Shown in pieces: positions 28,380-42,648 of a stretch of DNA of 64,000 nucleotides. A program made the position numbers and the translations under genes. Numbering within the stretch: the stretch's first letter is position 1; every line of letters begins with the position of its first letter. A model generated the notes under the pieces. The model saw nothing but the letters and a program-made list of their open reading frames with translations, searched no databases and was not told the DNA's origin. Source of the DNA: Octopus sinensis (Eukaryota); the NCBI RefSeq assembly GCF_006345805.1, contig NC_042999.1:112778001-112842000 (forward strand), in the 5' to 3' direction.

Positions 28380-28754
28380 CAATGGTTCTCAGTTAGGGCC
28401 CATATAAGATAGGTGGGTGGGGGTCGTGCAAGCAAAATAGCAAATTGGGAATCCACAGTAGTATTTTAAGGTCCCTGAAGAAAAATTTTGCTTTAGATGT
28501 ATTTATTGCAAGAAACAGCTAGGTCTTTTTTTTCTAATATTTTACATAGTTTAACATGTTTCTAGCAACTGAAACATGTTCTGTAGGAGAGTACTATTGC
28601 AAACCTACACAAGTGAATGTATGAAAAACAAAATAGGAATTTTGAAATAACTATCTATAAAACTAGCTTTTAAGCACTGAATGGCTACAGGGGTCCATCA
28701 GAATAAAATAGTAACCAAAAGAGTCCATAGGTAAAAAATGGTTGAGAACCCCTG
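28380..28754. mobile_element. hAT-type MITE
   Basis: TIRs caatggttctca / tgagaacccctg; perfect 8-bp TSD ctttaaac (28372-28379, 28755-28762). Confidence 0.85.
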
Positions 28755-30812
28755 CTTTAAACCAATGTACTTGGTAGTTACTGTTGCTGAGATCCAAGTG
28801 AGAGTAGAATCTATGTACAAGCAGACACCATTTTTCAGAGCAAAGGAGATCTTAGTAAGCACAGACACTACCTTTTTGAAATAAGTTATAATATAATAGA
28901 GCCTAGCCTGGGCAGCAGAGATTATTTAAGGTAAAAGATTAGAGATGTGTGTCTTGTAAAGGCATAGAACATCTGATTTGTGTGTTAGTAGGTGGTAGAG
29001 GATAGGATCTTCGTGGAGGATGGATATTTGCAGAGGAAATTGGGGCATTATCCAGTGGATTTAGCTAGTATGGTAATTTGGAACTAGATTTCAGCCAAGG
29101 TATGAGTACCATAGCAGTGGAATAGTGCACCTAGTATATTTAAAACACATGGTAAAGCATAAATAAAAGACTAAGTTGCAAGTACAAACTGAATTTGCAA
29201 ATAAATCTTTATTCACAACTTCAGTTCTTTAAGTTTACTACATTTCTAACATCTGATAAAGGTATTAATACTACAAATGCTTCCCTCTATCTTTAATGTC
29301 AACAGAGTAGATTACTTACCAATGGACACATTTAATTAAGAATTAAGTAGACATAAGCCATGGTTGCTCACAAATACCTACAAATTAAATTTTAGGACAT
29401 TTACAAATTAGATTAATGTTATTCACCTTTTAATCAAAATCTCTCTGAGAACCTCTAAAAGTGGCAGAAATTTTTATCACATAACTGGGAGCATAAATAG
29501 TGGTGAGAGAGTGTCCCACTCCAGCAGTGACAATCTATGAAGAAGCATTGGAAAGTTCTCGTATTAGAGAGAAAGATGCTGTAAATCAGGCGTCATTATT
29601 TCACTGAGACTAAGTGACTAAAGACTCCTCATGGCTATAATCATCTAGTTTCAAACTGAACTTAAGAACCTAGTCAAATTCTGAAGAAATTTGCAATTAC
29701 AGACTAAAAAACATTTTTAATCAAATTCACTAAGTCTCCACCTCATGGCCATGAAACAAACACTGATATAAAAAAAAAAAACAGTTAATTGTTGAGTCAC
29801 GTTTCTTTTTTGCTTTCCCTGTCTGTCTGTTTTTGTTTTGTAGTTTCTAAATTTTTTTTAAATACATATAACTGTGTCTATCTGTCTGTTGCCTCTTTCA
29901 CCTCTTTCTTCTTTCTATGTTTCTTCCTTTCCTAACTGCTGTTGGGAGGTAATAAAGAATTTATTATATTGGCATAAGGTGACAAATTTGACTGAGTGTA
30001 ACCAATTTAATTTCTCAGAGCATGTGCTGCTAACTCCAGAATGACAAAAAGCAAAACCACCTTTGATGTGATTTAAATTGAGCATCTTAGGAAATAAAAT
30101 TGAATACAGACATCCTCAACATTATAGAAGCATAATGTTACTGAAGTCTTACATTCTAAGAAGGGAAAACTGGATATAGTGGTTACTAGGATTGGGGTTG
30201 AGGTTGGACATAACAAAGGTAATGAGAAAAGGAGAGATGAATGAGTCAGAAATACCTGAACAAAGGTTGCAAAAAACCACCCAGCTCTTCAAGAGCAAAA
30301 ACAACATGCAATAGAGGGGAAAAAGTGCAGATTGAGAGATAAGTTATTATAATCCTGAATCACAAGTTGTTTTGATTCCCTGTTGATGGCTATTCACTTC
30401 ATTTTCTGCCACAATATCAATAAAAAATAATCATAAGATAATTGCAAGTGATGTGTGTTGCCTGATAAAGTTTGAGGATATCATTTAGGGATTTTGCTGA
30501 GATTTGGAAATGAAGTTAGTTGCTGATTCAATTAGTCAGGCTCTTACTACATATAACTATGGCACATATCAAAGAAATATATATTTATCTATCCTATGTA
30601 ATGGTGCAGTAAATAGAGTTAGTTACTTGATAATTGGTAGTCAGCCAAAGTATGTATCAATGAGTGACCAGTTCAAGACCCCTTTTACCTATTAATTTGG
30701 TATTTATTTTCAATGACAATGTGAACTGAAGTAATGTAAAATAAAATGTCCTACCCATGATGGAACAAATTGCCTGCAACATATTTGATCTTATGACCTA
30801 TGAGCAATTACT

Positions 30813-31027
30813 TTAACCCTTTAGCATGCTGATCATTCTATCAGATGCAGAGCTTATTTTATTCAGATTGTTTGAATTATGCACTATCTCATAGCTTTGA
30901 GATCTCAATGATGTAACTGTTTACTTTTAGAATGACATTGTAGGGCAAGTGTAAGAGGCTGGATCTGACCATAAAACAGGTAGAATATTTAGGCCAGCTA
31001 TGGCTGCTTTAAATGCTAGAAGATTAA
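30813..31027. mobile_element. piggyBac-type MITE
   Basis: TTAA-CCCTTTAGCAT ... ATGCTAGAAGA-TTAA; homologous to 31395-31623 and 53185-53411. Confidence 0.65.
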
Positions 31028-31394
31028 TATCTTATTCATTTACTTTTTTCACCTCTGCTGGGTGATACGTATATGGGAGACTGAGATATAGGTTTCCTTT
31101 CAAGATCTTTCATTCTTAGCTAAAGAACTTTCCTTTGTTGATGAATAAACATATCTTTTTTTTTTTTTTTTAGTAAAAGAAAAAGAGCCCTTTTTTATTG
31201 CTTATCCCCAGGTTAATGATGGTTGAGATGACATATGCTCAAAAGCATTCCAACTATGATCATCCAATTATTCCTTCTGCTTTTTAACACAGTAAGGAAT
31301 AATTTTGCTCTATTCTTGACTGATCAATCGTCCACATAGAAACTTCTAAGAAGAGTTACCATATGCTATTCTGGCAGCAAGATGACAATGGTAT

Positions 31395-31623
31395 TTAGCC
31401 CTTTAGTGTTCAGATTACTCTGTTAAATGTAATGCTTATTTATTTAAATTGTTTTGAATTAATCATGCATTACCTTATAGCTTTGAGGTTTCAATGATGT
31501 GAATATTTATTTTTAGAATGTCACTGTAGGTTAGGTGTGAGAGGCTAGATATGGCTAGTTCAAATATAAAACATGTAGAATATATTGGGCCGGATTTGGC
31601 CAGTTTAAACACTAAAGGGTTAG
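31395..31623. mobile_element. piggyBac-type MITE, second copy
   Basis: ccctttagtgtt ... aacactaaaggg TIR. Confidence 0.65.
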
Positions 31624-32668
31624 ACAACATCATTATCCTCCTCACCACCATTACTATGCCACCCTCACCACTACCATCCCCAGCTCCACCACCATCATCA
31701 TCACTGTTGTCATATCATCATCACCTAAAAATCATCTCTTGCTCACTATTAGACTGACTTCTACCTTGTGACAAATATGGACAACTCTTCTATATCCACC
31801 AACAGCTTTTCTTCACCAATAATCGATGAAGATAGGTGAGAGTTTTTCTGTTCAGATTTAGTTTTTGAGAGAAATCTTCAATCCACCACACACATATGGG
31901 ATCTTTGCAATACCACATATAGTAAGGGACTATAGAAGCACTACTGAGACAAGGTGAGAGTCTCTAATAAAGTTTGCTTGACCAACAAGAAAAGGCAGTC
32001 AAATCTCCATCAACTCACACTCTGCATACTGTCTTACAAAACAAATGGATACATTAGATAATTTAGTCCTAGATGCACTATGACAAAGCAAAAAAAAAAA
32101 AAAAACCAGGATGGTCACACTGAAATGCCTTTTATCACATGTCTGCTTAGAGCTGATCAGAGATTAAACATCAGCACAATGGAATTATCATACTAGTCAG
32201 ACATAGCAACACACAACACCATAGACATTCTGAATATCATTAGGATGAGACAGAAAGAGATGCAGGAGCAGATAGGTATGGCGGGGGTGAAAATTAAGCT
32301 ACATACTTCAGCAGTAGCTGTGGGAATGTCGTAGATGCTGATGCTGCTTTGTCTACTGATGCTGCTGTTGCAGATGATGATGATGGTGGTGGCGGTGGTG
32401 GTGGTGGTGGTGTGATGATGAACTAGCTGTGTTTGGGTTTCCAAGTTTCAAGTAGACTGTTTGGTAAAAAGCCAAGTTAATTACTTGTCTCGGAAATATT
32501 GTTTGCCATAATCCAAAGGCCGACTAAGTCATCAAAAATGTCAATAACTTCCTTCTATTTTGACTTGTTAAAACTTCAATGATATTTATGCATCTATATG
32601 TGTATATAAATTGTATGTGCATCTATCTACTGTACTTTCATACACATGCACAACTATCATCATCATCG

Positions 32669-32699
<31 letters not shown>

Positions 32700-32714
32700 T
32701 ATTATTAATGCAGC

Positions 32715-33350
32715 GAGCTAGCAGAAACATTAGCACACCAGGCAAAATGCTTAGCAGTATTTCACCTGTCTTTATGTTCTGAGTTCAAATTCTGCTGACG
32801 TCAACTTTGCCTTTCATCCTTTCAGGGCTAATAAGTATCAGTCTAGTACTGGGGTGAATGTAATCAACTTATCCCATACCCTCAAAATGTTGGCCTTATG
32901 CCAAACTTTATTATTATTATTCTTTATTTATAAATGCACTAGTGCAGATAAATGAACCTGATTGCTTAAGTTTTCTCACTTGATCTCTCTTTTTGATGGA
33001 TGAAACAGTCAAATATATTGATTCCGAAAGGACGAAAGACAAAATGAACTTTGGTATAATTTGAGCTCAGATTGCAAAGTGTCAAACTAAATGCTTTGAG
33101 GCATTTAAAATAACACTCTAAGAAGGCAGTAAGCAGGCAGAATCATTAGCACACCCAGGAAAATGCTTAGCAGCATTTCACCTATCTTCACGATCTGAGT
33201 TCATATTCTGCCAAGATCAACTTTGCCTTTCATCTTTTTGTGGGAGGTGGGGGGCAATAAAATAAGTACCAACTGAGCACTAGGGTTGATGTAATCAACT
33301 TACACCCTCCCCCAAAATTGCTGGCTTTGCAGCAAAATTTGAAACCAACA
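32715..33350 (+). mobile_element. Two SINE copies (gaaatgcttagc...ctgagttcaaatt family)
   Basis: Copies at ~32715-32910 and ~33120-33350. Confidence 0.65.
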
Positions 33351-34984
33351 TTACAATCTTAATGTCCAATACACTTTAAAAATATCAAAAGGCTTAAAGT
33401 CTGATTCTCCAATAGTCCTGTCATATTCACTTTAAAGCACTATATTGGCTGAGCTTATCCGAAGTTACTAAGTTTGGAAGGTGCAACAGTAAGTCTTTGG
33501 GTTTTCTGTCATTTGGCAATGTCTATCAAATTCATTTGTTTCTATATCTCTGTTGAAATAACTTGCCGAGCTCATACCTTTATACTACGTTATAATGATC
33601 CCCTGTATAGCACTGTTTCATTTAGCACTCTTAGAAATGTATCTTGAATTCTAACTGAAGTACAACTGTAACTTTTTTTCATTTTCTGACAGAAAAAATA
33701 TCTCTGGCAACAGGAAACTAACTAGAATGAGTTCACTGAAGTACACTTATCACCAAACACACTTAACTGAGGAATATGCAGTTTATATCCTTTCATCCAT
33801 AATGAGCTGGGATCCATGACAAACACTTAGCTCTGAAAGGAATCTTTCAATGTAAGTTAAGCATGAACCGGCCAATGGAAACACATGAAAACTAGGAATT
33901 TTCTCAGTTACTTCTTTGGTTAGCTCAACCGATCATACTTCCTGTTAGGAGTGCTTTGTTAGTATTATTTAATTTTTTAATTCTCTTTTGTTATTATCTT
34001 TTTGCCAGGAAAGAAATTTAAGAAAGAGATAAAAATATAAGTGCTCTATAGTTGTATTCAAACTAAGGTTAATCAAAATAATGGTCTCTTATGCATTGAA
34101 TTATAGTATCCTGGATTTACAATACAGAGCTATTGATGGATGGATAAATATAAATATAATTGCATGAACTTAAATACACAATTTCTCCTTCCCTCCCCGC
34201 TCTTTCTCTTTCTCTGAATAAACTGTCCTACCTAAAGGGTATAAGATTAATTACTTTTAAATACACAAAGCCTCAAAGTTTTAAAAGATATGAGATTTAT
34301 GGTATTCATGCACATTCCAGGAGAATTAACTTTTTAATTGAAATTAAATCAAATGACTACAACTGAGAATGAAAATTGGGTTATCAACTTCACTTTGACA
34401 CAGATACATAATACTTTTCACACTAACAGTATCAAATTAATAAGATTAATCTCAAGTTTAATCAGTCATTACCAATGTAACCTTTGAGCTTTTTAGTCAA
34501 CATTTTCTCTTGAATACAACTTTATGTAAGAGATTTCTGCATGTAAAACATTCAGTTATAAATAATTCAGTGTCATCTATATATCAAGAAATGATCAGCT
34601 TTACTGAGCTTTTTCCAGAAAACCTGACACTAATCTCTGACCGCTAGATAAACAGAGGTAGTGAATAAAGTGAATGACCTGAAAATACATTGAAATAATT
34701 TCCATGGGTTTAAGCTTGCACACTACTTGCTCCAACACTTTATAAATTCAGCCAATTCCCTTTTTTGTTGAAAATTACTGAAGCTGCTAAAACATTTTAT
34801 ACACTTCATAGTCTGTTTGGAAATATAAAGTTGTTGTTTAGCTGCACCAGGTCAATCCTGATTGAGCAGGTTTTAGATCAAAAGATATTCCATTTCTGGA
34901 CAGACCAATTTTTACTTATGTATAACTTACCTTTTTCTGCTAGCTCTACCTTTGGAAATCATTATAAAATTTGAAAAAGACCTT

Positions 34985-35900
34985 TTTTGACTATAAAAAC
35001 AAAACTTAATATATACAAAGCTGTTGTAGTGATAACACAGCTTTATGAATGTGAAGTAAAAGAGTGCAGTTTAGTGGTTAGGGGTATTCGGTTCACGATT
35101 GTAAGGTTGTGTGTTCAAGTCCCAGCAATACATTGTGTCCTTGAGCAAGACACTTTATTTCATGTTGCTCCATTCCACTCAGCAAAAATGAGTAGTACCT
35201 GTATTCCAAAGGGCCAGCTTTGTCACATTCTGTGTCATACTGAATCTCCCTGAAAACTAAATTAAGGATTCATGTATCCATGGAGTGCTCAGCCACTTGC
35301 ACATTCCTTTTTTCACAAGAAGGCTGTTCTGTTGATTGGATCAACTGGAACCCTTGTTGTTGTAACCAATGGAGTGCCAGTTTTATGGATGTGAACTTGG
35401 ACAGTTTATCAAAGTTTACTTAACATGTCTATGAAAAATTCTCACCATCAACTGGCAGAATAACATTCCAAATACTACTGTGCTACAGAGAGTAAATATG
35501 TCAAGCATGTATGTATGCTTTCTTAAGTAAATTCCAACTGCAGCGGTGTGGACATGTAGTGCTCATGCCTGACTCCAGACTCTCTAAACAGATTTTCGTT
35601 AATGAACTAGCAGTTAGCTCTCAGACATGTGGTGAGCCAAAGATGAGACACAAAGACTCTCTCAAAACAAATGTGAAAAAAGTATAACTTAGAGCAGTCT
35701 ACTTGAGAACATCTTGCTCAAAATTGCTCACTGTGGTAGTGCTGTGTACTCTAGAATACATCACCCAGAATCAGAAATGATCAGAGAAACAAAAGAGAAG
35801 AGGGCTGTATGGAAAGCCAGTGTCCCACCAGGTCCTAACTCTGCTACTATGTGCTCCCACTGTCCCCATGGATTTTATGCCTATATTGGCCAAATAAGCC
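34985..35900 (+). mobile_element. RTE LINE 3' fragment interrupted by a SINE
   Basis: KTKLNIYKAVV...; later segment resembles WxGHVVxMPDSRLxKQI. Confidence 0.7.
35056..35381 (+). mobile_element. tRNA-derived CORE-like SINE
   Basis: A/B-box head, ttgtgtccttgagcaagacactt; 14-bp TSD tttatg(a/g)atgtgaa. Confidence 0.8.
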
Positions 35901-36093
35901 ACCTTATGAATAAAGAGTAAAGCTACTAATCTGTGATCTTCTTCAATGACATGAAGAATGAACATCAGATGTAAATTGAGGGAAACTTGAGTACTATTTC
36001 TATCAGGTGAAGCGTTTTCATAGACATACTCTTGTTGACACAAAGTAATAGTTATTTGTGTAACTTTTTCATATTATAATATTCTATTGTTAA

Positions 36094-36296
36094 AAGGCAG
36101 CAAGTTGGCAGAAACGTTAGCATGCCAGTCGAAATGCTTAGCGGCATTTCGTCTGTCTTTACATTCTGAGTTCAAATTACGCCAAGGTTGACTTTGCCTT
36201 CATCCTTTTGGGGTCGATAAATTAAGTACCAGTTGCGTACTGAGTTGATCTAATCGACTGGCCCCCTCCCCCAAAATTGTGCCTAGAGTAGAAAAG
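36094..36296 (+). mobile_element. SINE with 16-bp TSD
   Basis: aatattctattgttaa at 36078-36093 and 36297-36312. Confidence 0.85.
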
Positions 36297-36750
36297 AATA
36301 TTCTATTGTTAATTTGTTTTGTTCTTTTTCTCTACTTCTGTTGTTCAGAATCAGGTCAAGAAAGAGCATGAGAATGATTAGTCTGACATTGTTTACATTC
36401 TTATTTGTTAATAAGATTTTGTCAATAACAAATAAGAATGTAAACAATGTCAGACTGATTCAATCATTCTCATACTCTTCCTTGTCAAGAAACTATACCC
36501 AAAGTTTTATTTTATTCATTGGTAAATAATGCTTGTCATTGTTGTTGTCGATATCATCATCATCCTCGTTGTTGTCGTCATTGTCATCGTTGTTGTTGTA
36601 ATTGTTTTAATATACACATTTCTGTATTTGTATGAGTTGGACAAAGTTCACCAAGACAGATTTTCTATGATTGGATACCATTCCTGTCACCGATCTTCAC
36701 CTGTTTGCAAGCAAGATAATATTTCCCCATGGCCAAACATGTTTTTACAG

Positions 36751-36945
36751 CATTATCTCTTCCAACCTGTGGCGTTTGAGACATTTGGAGGGACTGAGCC
36801 ACTAACTGCAAAGTTCTTATCAACTTTGGCAGCTCACCTCATATAAATGTCAGGTGATGCCTGTGAGGGTGCCTGGCTTTCCCAATGCCTTAGCTTCACC
36901 ATCGCCAGCATTAGCATGCTGGCTTGTTTCGGTAGGTTCCCTTAA
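36751..36945 (+). mobile_element. C-terminal fragment of an RLE-type (CRE-like) non-LTR retrotransposon
   Basis: FQPVAFETFGG...FLSTLAAHLI*MSGDACEGAWLSQCLS fits F.P.A.ET.G...SGD.RE...L.QRLS. Confidence 0.55.
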
Positions 36946-37253
36946 ACCATGTGGTGTGCGACTAGTTGCTGTGATAAAAAAAAATTCCCCACAAATGGTT
37001 TCAATAGTTTTAACAGAAAGTTTTGGAAGAATTAGATGAAAGTTCTCCAGTAATTTTCTTTCATGTAAATAAATGTTTATGTTAATTCAAAAATTTGCCA
37101 GCAAAATCTTGTAAAATGGCCATGTTCTAAAAGATGTACATGTTTATATGTTATATAGGAAAATAAAAATTTTATATTAAAATTGGAAATGAGTGACACT
37201 ACTTATGTGATAGTAACACATTTCCAACTACCACATGATGTCAATACAGGTAC

Positions 37254-37260
37254 ACACACA

Positions 37261-37355
<95 letters not shown>
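37254..37355. repeat. (CA)n microsatellite
   Basis: ~50 uninterrupted units. Confidence 0.95.
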
Positions 37356-37358
<3 letters not shown>

Positions 37359-37419
37359 TACATACACTCGGCATATACACTGGGCTGCTTTCACATTCTA
37401 TCAAATGTGCATACACAAC

Positions 37420-38225
37420 AGAGTGTAATTGCCCTGAGAGAAAAGTTGAACTTAAGAAGCATCAAATGTGGTGTACAAGAGAGACAACTGCACTGGTATG
37501 ATCATGTGTTGCATATGGATGAGGACAGCTGTTTGAAAAAGTGTCACACCCTAGCAGTAGAGGGAACCTGTGAAAGAAGCAGTCCCAGGAAGACCTGGGA
37601 TGAGGTGTTGAAGCAAGACTTTCGAATGTTGGGCCTCACCGAGGCGATGACAAGTGACCAAGACCTTTGGAGATATGCTCTGCTTGAGAAGACCCAGTAA
37701 GCCAAGTGAGACCATAACCATGGCCTATGACAGTGCAGCATAACCAGCCTATTTAAGAGTACCCTTAAAATCATTGGGCAATAAACTGCGCTTGCGAAGA
37801 CCTGTTGAAGCAAATGAAGTTGTTGTCATGGCCGATGACAGTACTGCCTGATTGGTACCAATGCTGATGGTACATAGAAAGCATCATTTGAGTGTATTCA
37901 ATGCCAGTGCCAGCTAACTGGTCCCATGCCAGTGGCATACAAAAAGCACCATTCGAGCATGGTCGTTGCCAGTGCCACCTGACTAGCTCCCATGCCAGTA
38001 ATGCGTAAAAAGCACCATCCAAGCGTGGCCAATGCCAGTACCGCCTGACTGGCACATAAAAAGCATCCACTACACTCTCGGAGTGGTTGGCATTAGGAAG
38101 GGTATCTAGCTGTAGAAACATTGCCAGATCGGACTGGAGCCTGATGCAGTCTTTTGGCTCACCAGCCCTCAGTCAAACCGTCAAACCCATGCCAGCATGG
38201 AAAGCAGATAATGATGATAGCGATA
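37420..38225 (+). mobile_element. RTE LINE 3' end with full 3'UTR
   Basis: LHWYDHVLHMDEDSCLKKC...PRKTWDEV, internally repeated tgccagtg UTR, (GAT)n-like tail. Confidence 0.8.
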
Positions 38226-39099
38226 TATAATTTCCAGGCATTCAGAGACCAATGTAGAATTGAGAGAACACTGCAGCTCAACATGAGCATGTGGTAGAAG
38301 AATACTAGTGAGTAAAGTTTTGCAGATCACAACCCATGACCTTTTATTACATAGTGCAAAATATGACCATATATGTTCAATACAAAAGCTCAAATATGTG
38401 AGCATAACTCTAATGCACATATGTCATATAGTTTTCAGTTGTTCATGACTGAAATATTTTGTTGCTTGAAAAGGAAATCAATTTTTGTTAGGAAATCTTG
38501 GCTTTGTGATAAAAACAGATACTATAGAGCTTAGCAATTATAACAATTGTGACAGTTTTAGCTGTTTTGCTCATGAGCTCTAAAGTATAGAGTTTTCTGG
38601 AATTCTCTAGATTTTGATACTGTTAAATTAAACTTGTTTTTACAAGTCTCTATTGCACAATGTTTCAAATGAAATTGTATCTACCTATTAAGCAAAAATT
38701 AGGTTACATGTTGACACGACTTCTGTTCAGAACAGGAGTGGGGAGTGTTGTGGTACATGTGATTATAGGTGACAGATATAGCTTCTTTTATTGCCAACAG
38801 ATAAGTGTATGAGAGAGAGAGAGATAGTCACCTTGAGCTATACATAATTTAATGGTAATGTAAAGAATAAAAAATGTAGAAAAGATAACTCAGCCTGGAG
38901 TTATACTCTAACTAATAAACGGATGAACAGAAAGATCCTGGTTGACCTTTTTAATCATTTTTCATAAGCTCATTGGTATATGAGATAGGAGGAAAAGTTT
39001 CTAGTCAACCGCCACAGAAGTTGTTTCTGAGGATAGAATAATATTCAAGTAGCTAGAACAGATGATAGTTTCCATTCTTTTTTTAATGACGTTTCAGTC

Positions 39100-40530
39100 A
39101 GTTTAGGTTGTAGGGCAGCTGTTATGATGAAACACCACTTTGATTTATTTTCCATCAGTTTTGTTGTCACTTTATGACAGAAAGTTGGTCTATGGTTGAA
39201 TTTGTAGCAGCTGATCTTCTTCAAGTATATCCTTGGAATGCTTGGCTGGTCCTCTATCACCGTTAAGAGTTTATGCAATGTTTGCTTTCAATGTTTCAGT
39301 AGGGGCTCCTTTTTATACTTCTGATCTCCTTAGGTAAACAGTCGAACAGTTGTGGACCTCTAAATATCAGACTGATACAACAGAATATTTTCATTCATGA
39401 TTTCAAAGGTAGTGTATTTGGAAGCTGATAGTATCTGCCAGTTCATGCATTAAAGATCTCTCTAATATGGAAGTTTGGAATATGCCCCTTCAGGATTTTC
39501 CATATGTCTATGATAGTATATCTCTCTCTTCAGCATTCAAGAGAGTAACAATGAAGCACTTTCAGTTGTTCCCAGTAATTAAGGCTTTTAACCAAAGATA
39601 TTTTTCTGGTGAACATTCTTTGTAACCCTTCAATTTTTTCTGAGACTGGATGAGTTAGGAGACCAAAGCTGTGGGCAGTACTCTAATCTGCTCAGAACTA
39701 GGGTTTTCCATAGAGTTAGTATAATTATCAGTTCTCTTGTCATGAAGATTTATCCATCCTATGAGATATCTGCATTTAGAGGTCAGCTTGGTGAGGTGAC
39801 AAGTGAAAGATGCATTATTTGACATTACTTCTAAGTTCTGTATGTCATTAGTGCTATGAATCGTGTTAGTTGGTGTCAAGACTCAAGAGTGTACATATTT
39901 GTGATCAATCATTGGTATATGACCCATTTTGATCCCATTAAAGGGCCAATCTAGTTATGTGTAGCTGATTTTCATTTAGCAAAGTAAAAAAAAACTTAGG
40001 ATTAGATTTTATATTTTCTACTACTAGGTGTTCCTTTAGTGAAATTTATTTTTCTTAAGGTAGTTTTAGGTCCAGTTCAATGTTCTTATTTTCTTCTTTT
40101 TTTTTTTGTTCCCTATTTCATCTGTTAAGAGAGTTTGGTGTTTTAGCTATTTTATTAGTTTAGGTCTGTTATGCATTAGTATCCATCTATATTGTGGAAT
40201 CAAATTCTTGCAGAAATAGGTGTGTTTATATGGGACATACTTTTGACAGATCCTGATTATGTGATGTTGAATGTGAATGCCATAAGCAAGTTGCTGGCTG
40301 AGTCATGGAGGTTAGGTTGCCTTACTAGAAGTAAGGTGCATAGTTATTTATCTCATTATAGTACACATTATGATTAAACAATTAAAGAATTGGATAACAA
40401 TAAGGACAACTCAGAAATATGCAATTTGATTGACATGAGTTGTTTTGTTGGACTCCAGTGGTTAAAGAAAAGTTTGGTATGAGAGTTATTGTCTGAAGGT
40501 GGTTTTCTTTCCTTGTTACTGGAATAACAC
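39100..40530 (-). mobile_element. Decayed CR1-like LINE
   Basis: Minus strand segments ASFTCHLTKLTSKCRYLIGW and LNYWEQLKV; same family as 24829-26060. Confidence 0.6.
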
Positions 40531-41396
40531 AGTACTTCTCAAACTATCTGATTGGCAGTTTTTTTCCCAATGTACCAGGGACTAGTAATATTTCTTAGTA
40601 ATATTAATTTATACTGGAAACAATATATATAATGAATATAATAAAAGTTGACAACTTTTTTTTTTATCTTATATTTATTTTGTAAACAAATAATACAATA
40701 TTGCATAAGCATTTTATAATGTTTCTTTCTTTTCTGGAAACTCGCCGACAGCTGATGGCTTGCAGACTGGCACCAGTCTGCAGACCACCACTTTGAGTAG
40801 CACTGGATTAATGGACATGCTATTGTGAGTAGCCATACCCCAGATTGAATACTTGGGTAAAGAGAAAGATTAAGGAGAAATTGTAAAACAATAAGAGGAT
40901 ATGAGAACACCATCCGGTTAGGTCAGCTTCATACACATTAGTTACTGAAATAATTACCACAATGGTGACTAAGTGCATATGATGGCAAGAGAAGCTTAAA
41001 AAATTTTTGTTGAAAGTTTTGTAGAATAGCAGGCAAAAGTAATGATCGTGACTATGGTAATTATGCTAATGATTACAAGGGAATAAGAGAGAAGGAAAAA
41101 TGTATAAAAAGCGGATGTACAATCTTAGAGAAAAAATGCTACAATCAAATTAATAAAAAGTTTCTAGAGTGTCAAGTACAGTGTTATCATCATCATCATC
41201 ATCATCAACAGCAGCATTATGGTTTGTTTGTTTTTCAGTTTATTTATTTATTTATACACTCTGAGATCAAATTCCACCAAGACTGACTTCGCCTTTCATC
41301 TTTCGGGTTTGATAAAATAAATCATGTACTGGGAATGATGTAACCCACTTCCCACTCCCTTCAAAAACTGGTGGCCCTGTGCCCAAATTTGAAATC

Positions 41397-41418
41397 ATCA
41401 TCATCATTATCATCATCT

Positions 41419-41516
<98 letters not shown>

Positions 41517-41550
41517 GCTACTACTACTACTGCTACTACTACTACTGCTG

Positions 41551-41598
<48 letters not shown>
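41397..41598. repeat. Compound trinucleotide array (CAT)n(CAG)n(TAG)n(TAC)n between two SINE copies
   Basis: Direct reading. Confidence 0.95.
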
Positions 41599-41822
41599 TG
41601 AAGGCAGTTAACTGGCAGAATCATTAGCACCCCAGGTAAAAATGCTTAGTGGTATTTCACAGTATTACGTACTGAGCTCAAATTCCGTTGAGGTTGACTT
41701 TGCCTTTCATTCTTTCAGGGTTGATAAATTAAGTTCCAGTGGAAAACTGGAGTCGATACAGTTGACTTACCCCTACCCCAAAATTTGTAGAAAGGATTAT
41801 TATTATTATTATTATTATTAAT

Positions 41823-41857
<35 letters not shown>

Positions 41858-42648
41858 TATTATTATTTTGTTTGAAAATAGAGGAAATTGCAGCTTAACA
41901 AAGTTGAAAAATTTGAAGATCACTTTTTCCTCTGAGAAAAATATTTACAGAGTTTAAGGAAATGATGAGAACAGATGCTTATGGTGAGTAGTAGAATATG
42001 TCTGGCAGGCAAGGAATGTCAAGAAAGTAATCATTCTTGGCACAATTAATAATAGAGATATTACTTGTTTCTTATTTTTTCAATAAAAACGAAAATGAAA
42101 GACAATTTTCCCATTTTGATAGAATGCTAGTCTATTGCTGGTTAAACTTGCCAGGTAGTTTCATTCCTATTTCTCAGTTCAATAAACTGAAACAACAGGA
42201 GATAAATATTTCATCCAAGAAAACAACACCATTCCTTAGAAAATGAGACCACCACTCATTCTATGATATAAATTTACTGGTTTAAAATAATCTAAAAATT
42301 AAAACCATCAAAATTTTATGTTACCTTATGTTCCAAATACCAGCATAATAATGACAAAATTATTTTCCTAAATTTATTCATTTGAGCCTTAAAAAATCAC
42401 CTCAAAAGTAGGGGTCATCTTAAACACTGAGTATTAAATGTGAACCTTAATATGCTCTGGTTCAGAATGTCACCAATATGTCATACTCTACACATAGTCT
42501 GACTAAAAGGAAAAATGTGCAGTGTACTTCATCAACATACATTAGAACATGCTTCACTTAAAAATACTTAGCAATAAGGATGTTTTTCTAACTGTCACAA
42601 AGACATTGGACTCTGCCTCACGTACTTCCCAGCCACTACATACTAATG

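Noticed and set aside
29495-29610. Protein-looking frame RECPTPAVTIYEEALESSRIREKDAV
   Set aside because: Short, weak acceptor, no recognisable homology or partner exons
41361-41630. Poly-Ser, poly-Leu and poly-Thr ORFs (also HT/CV/YI ORFs at 18681, 37183-37501, 48678, 51773)
   Set aside because: Translations of microsatellites
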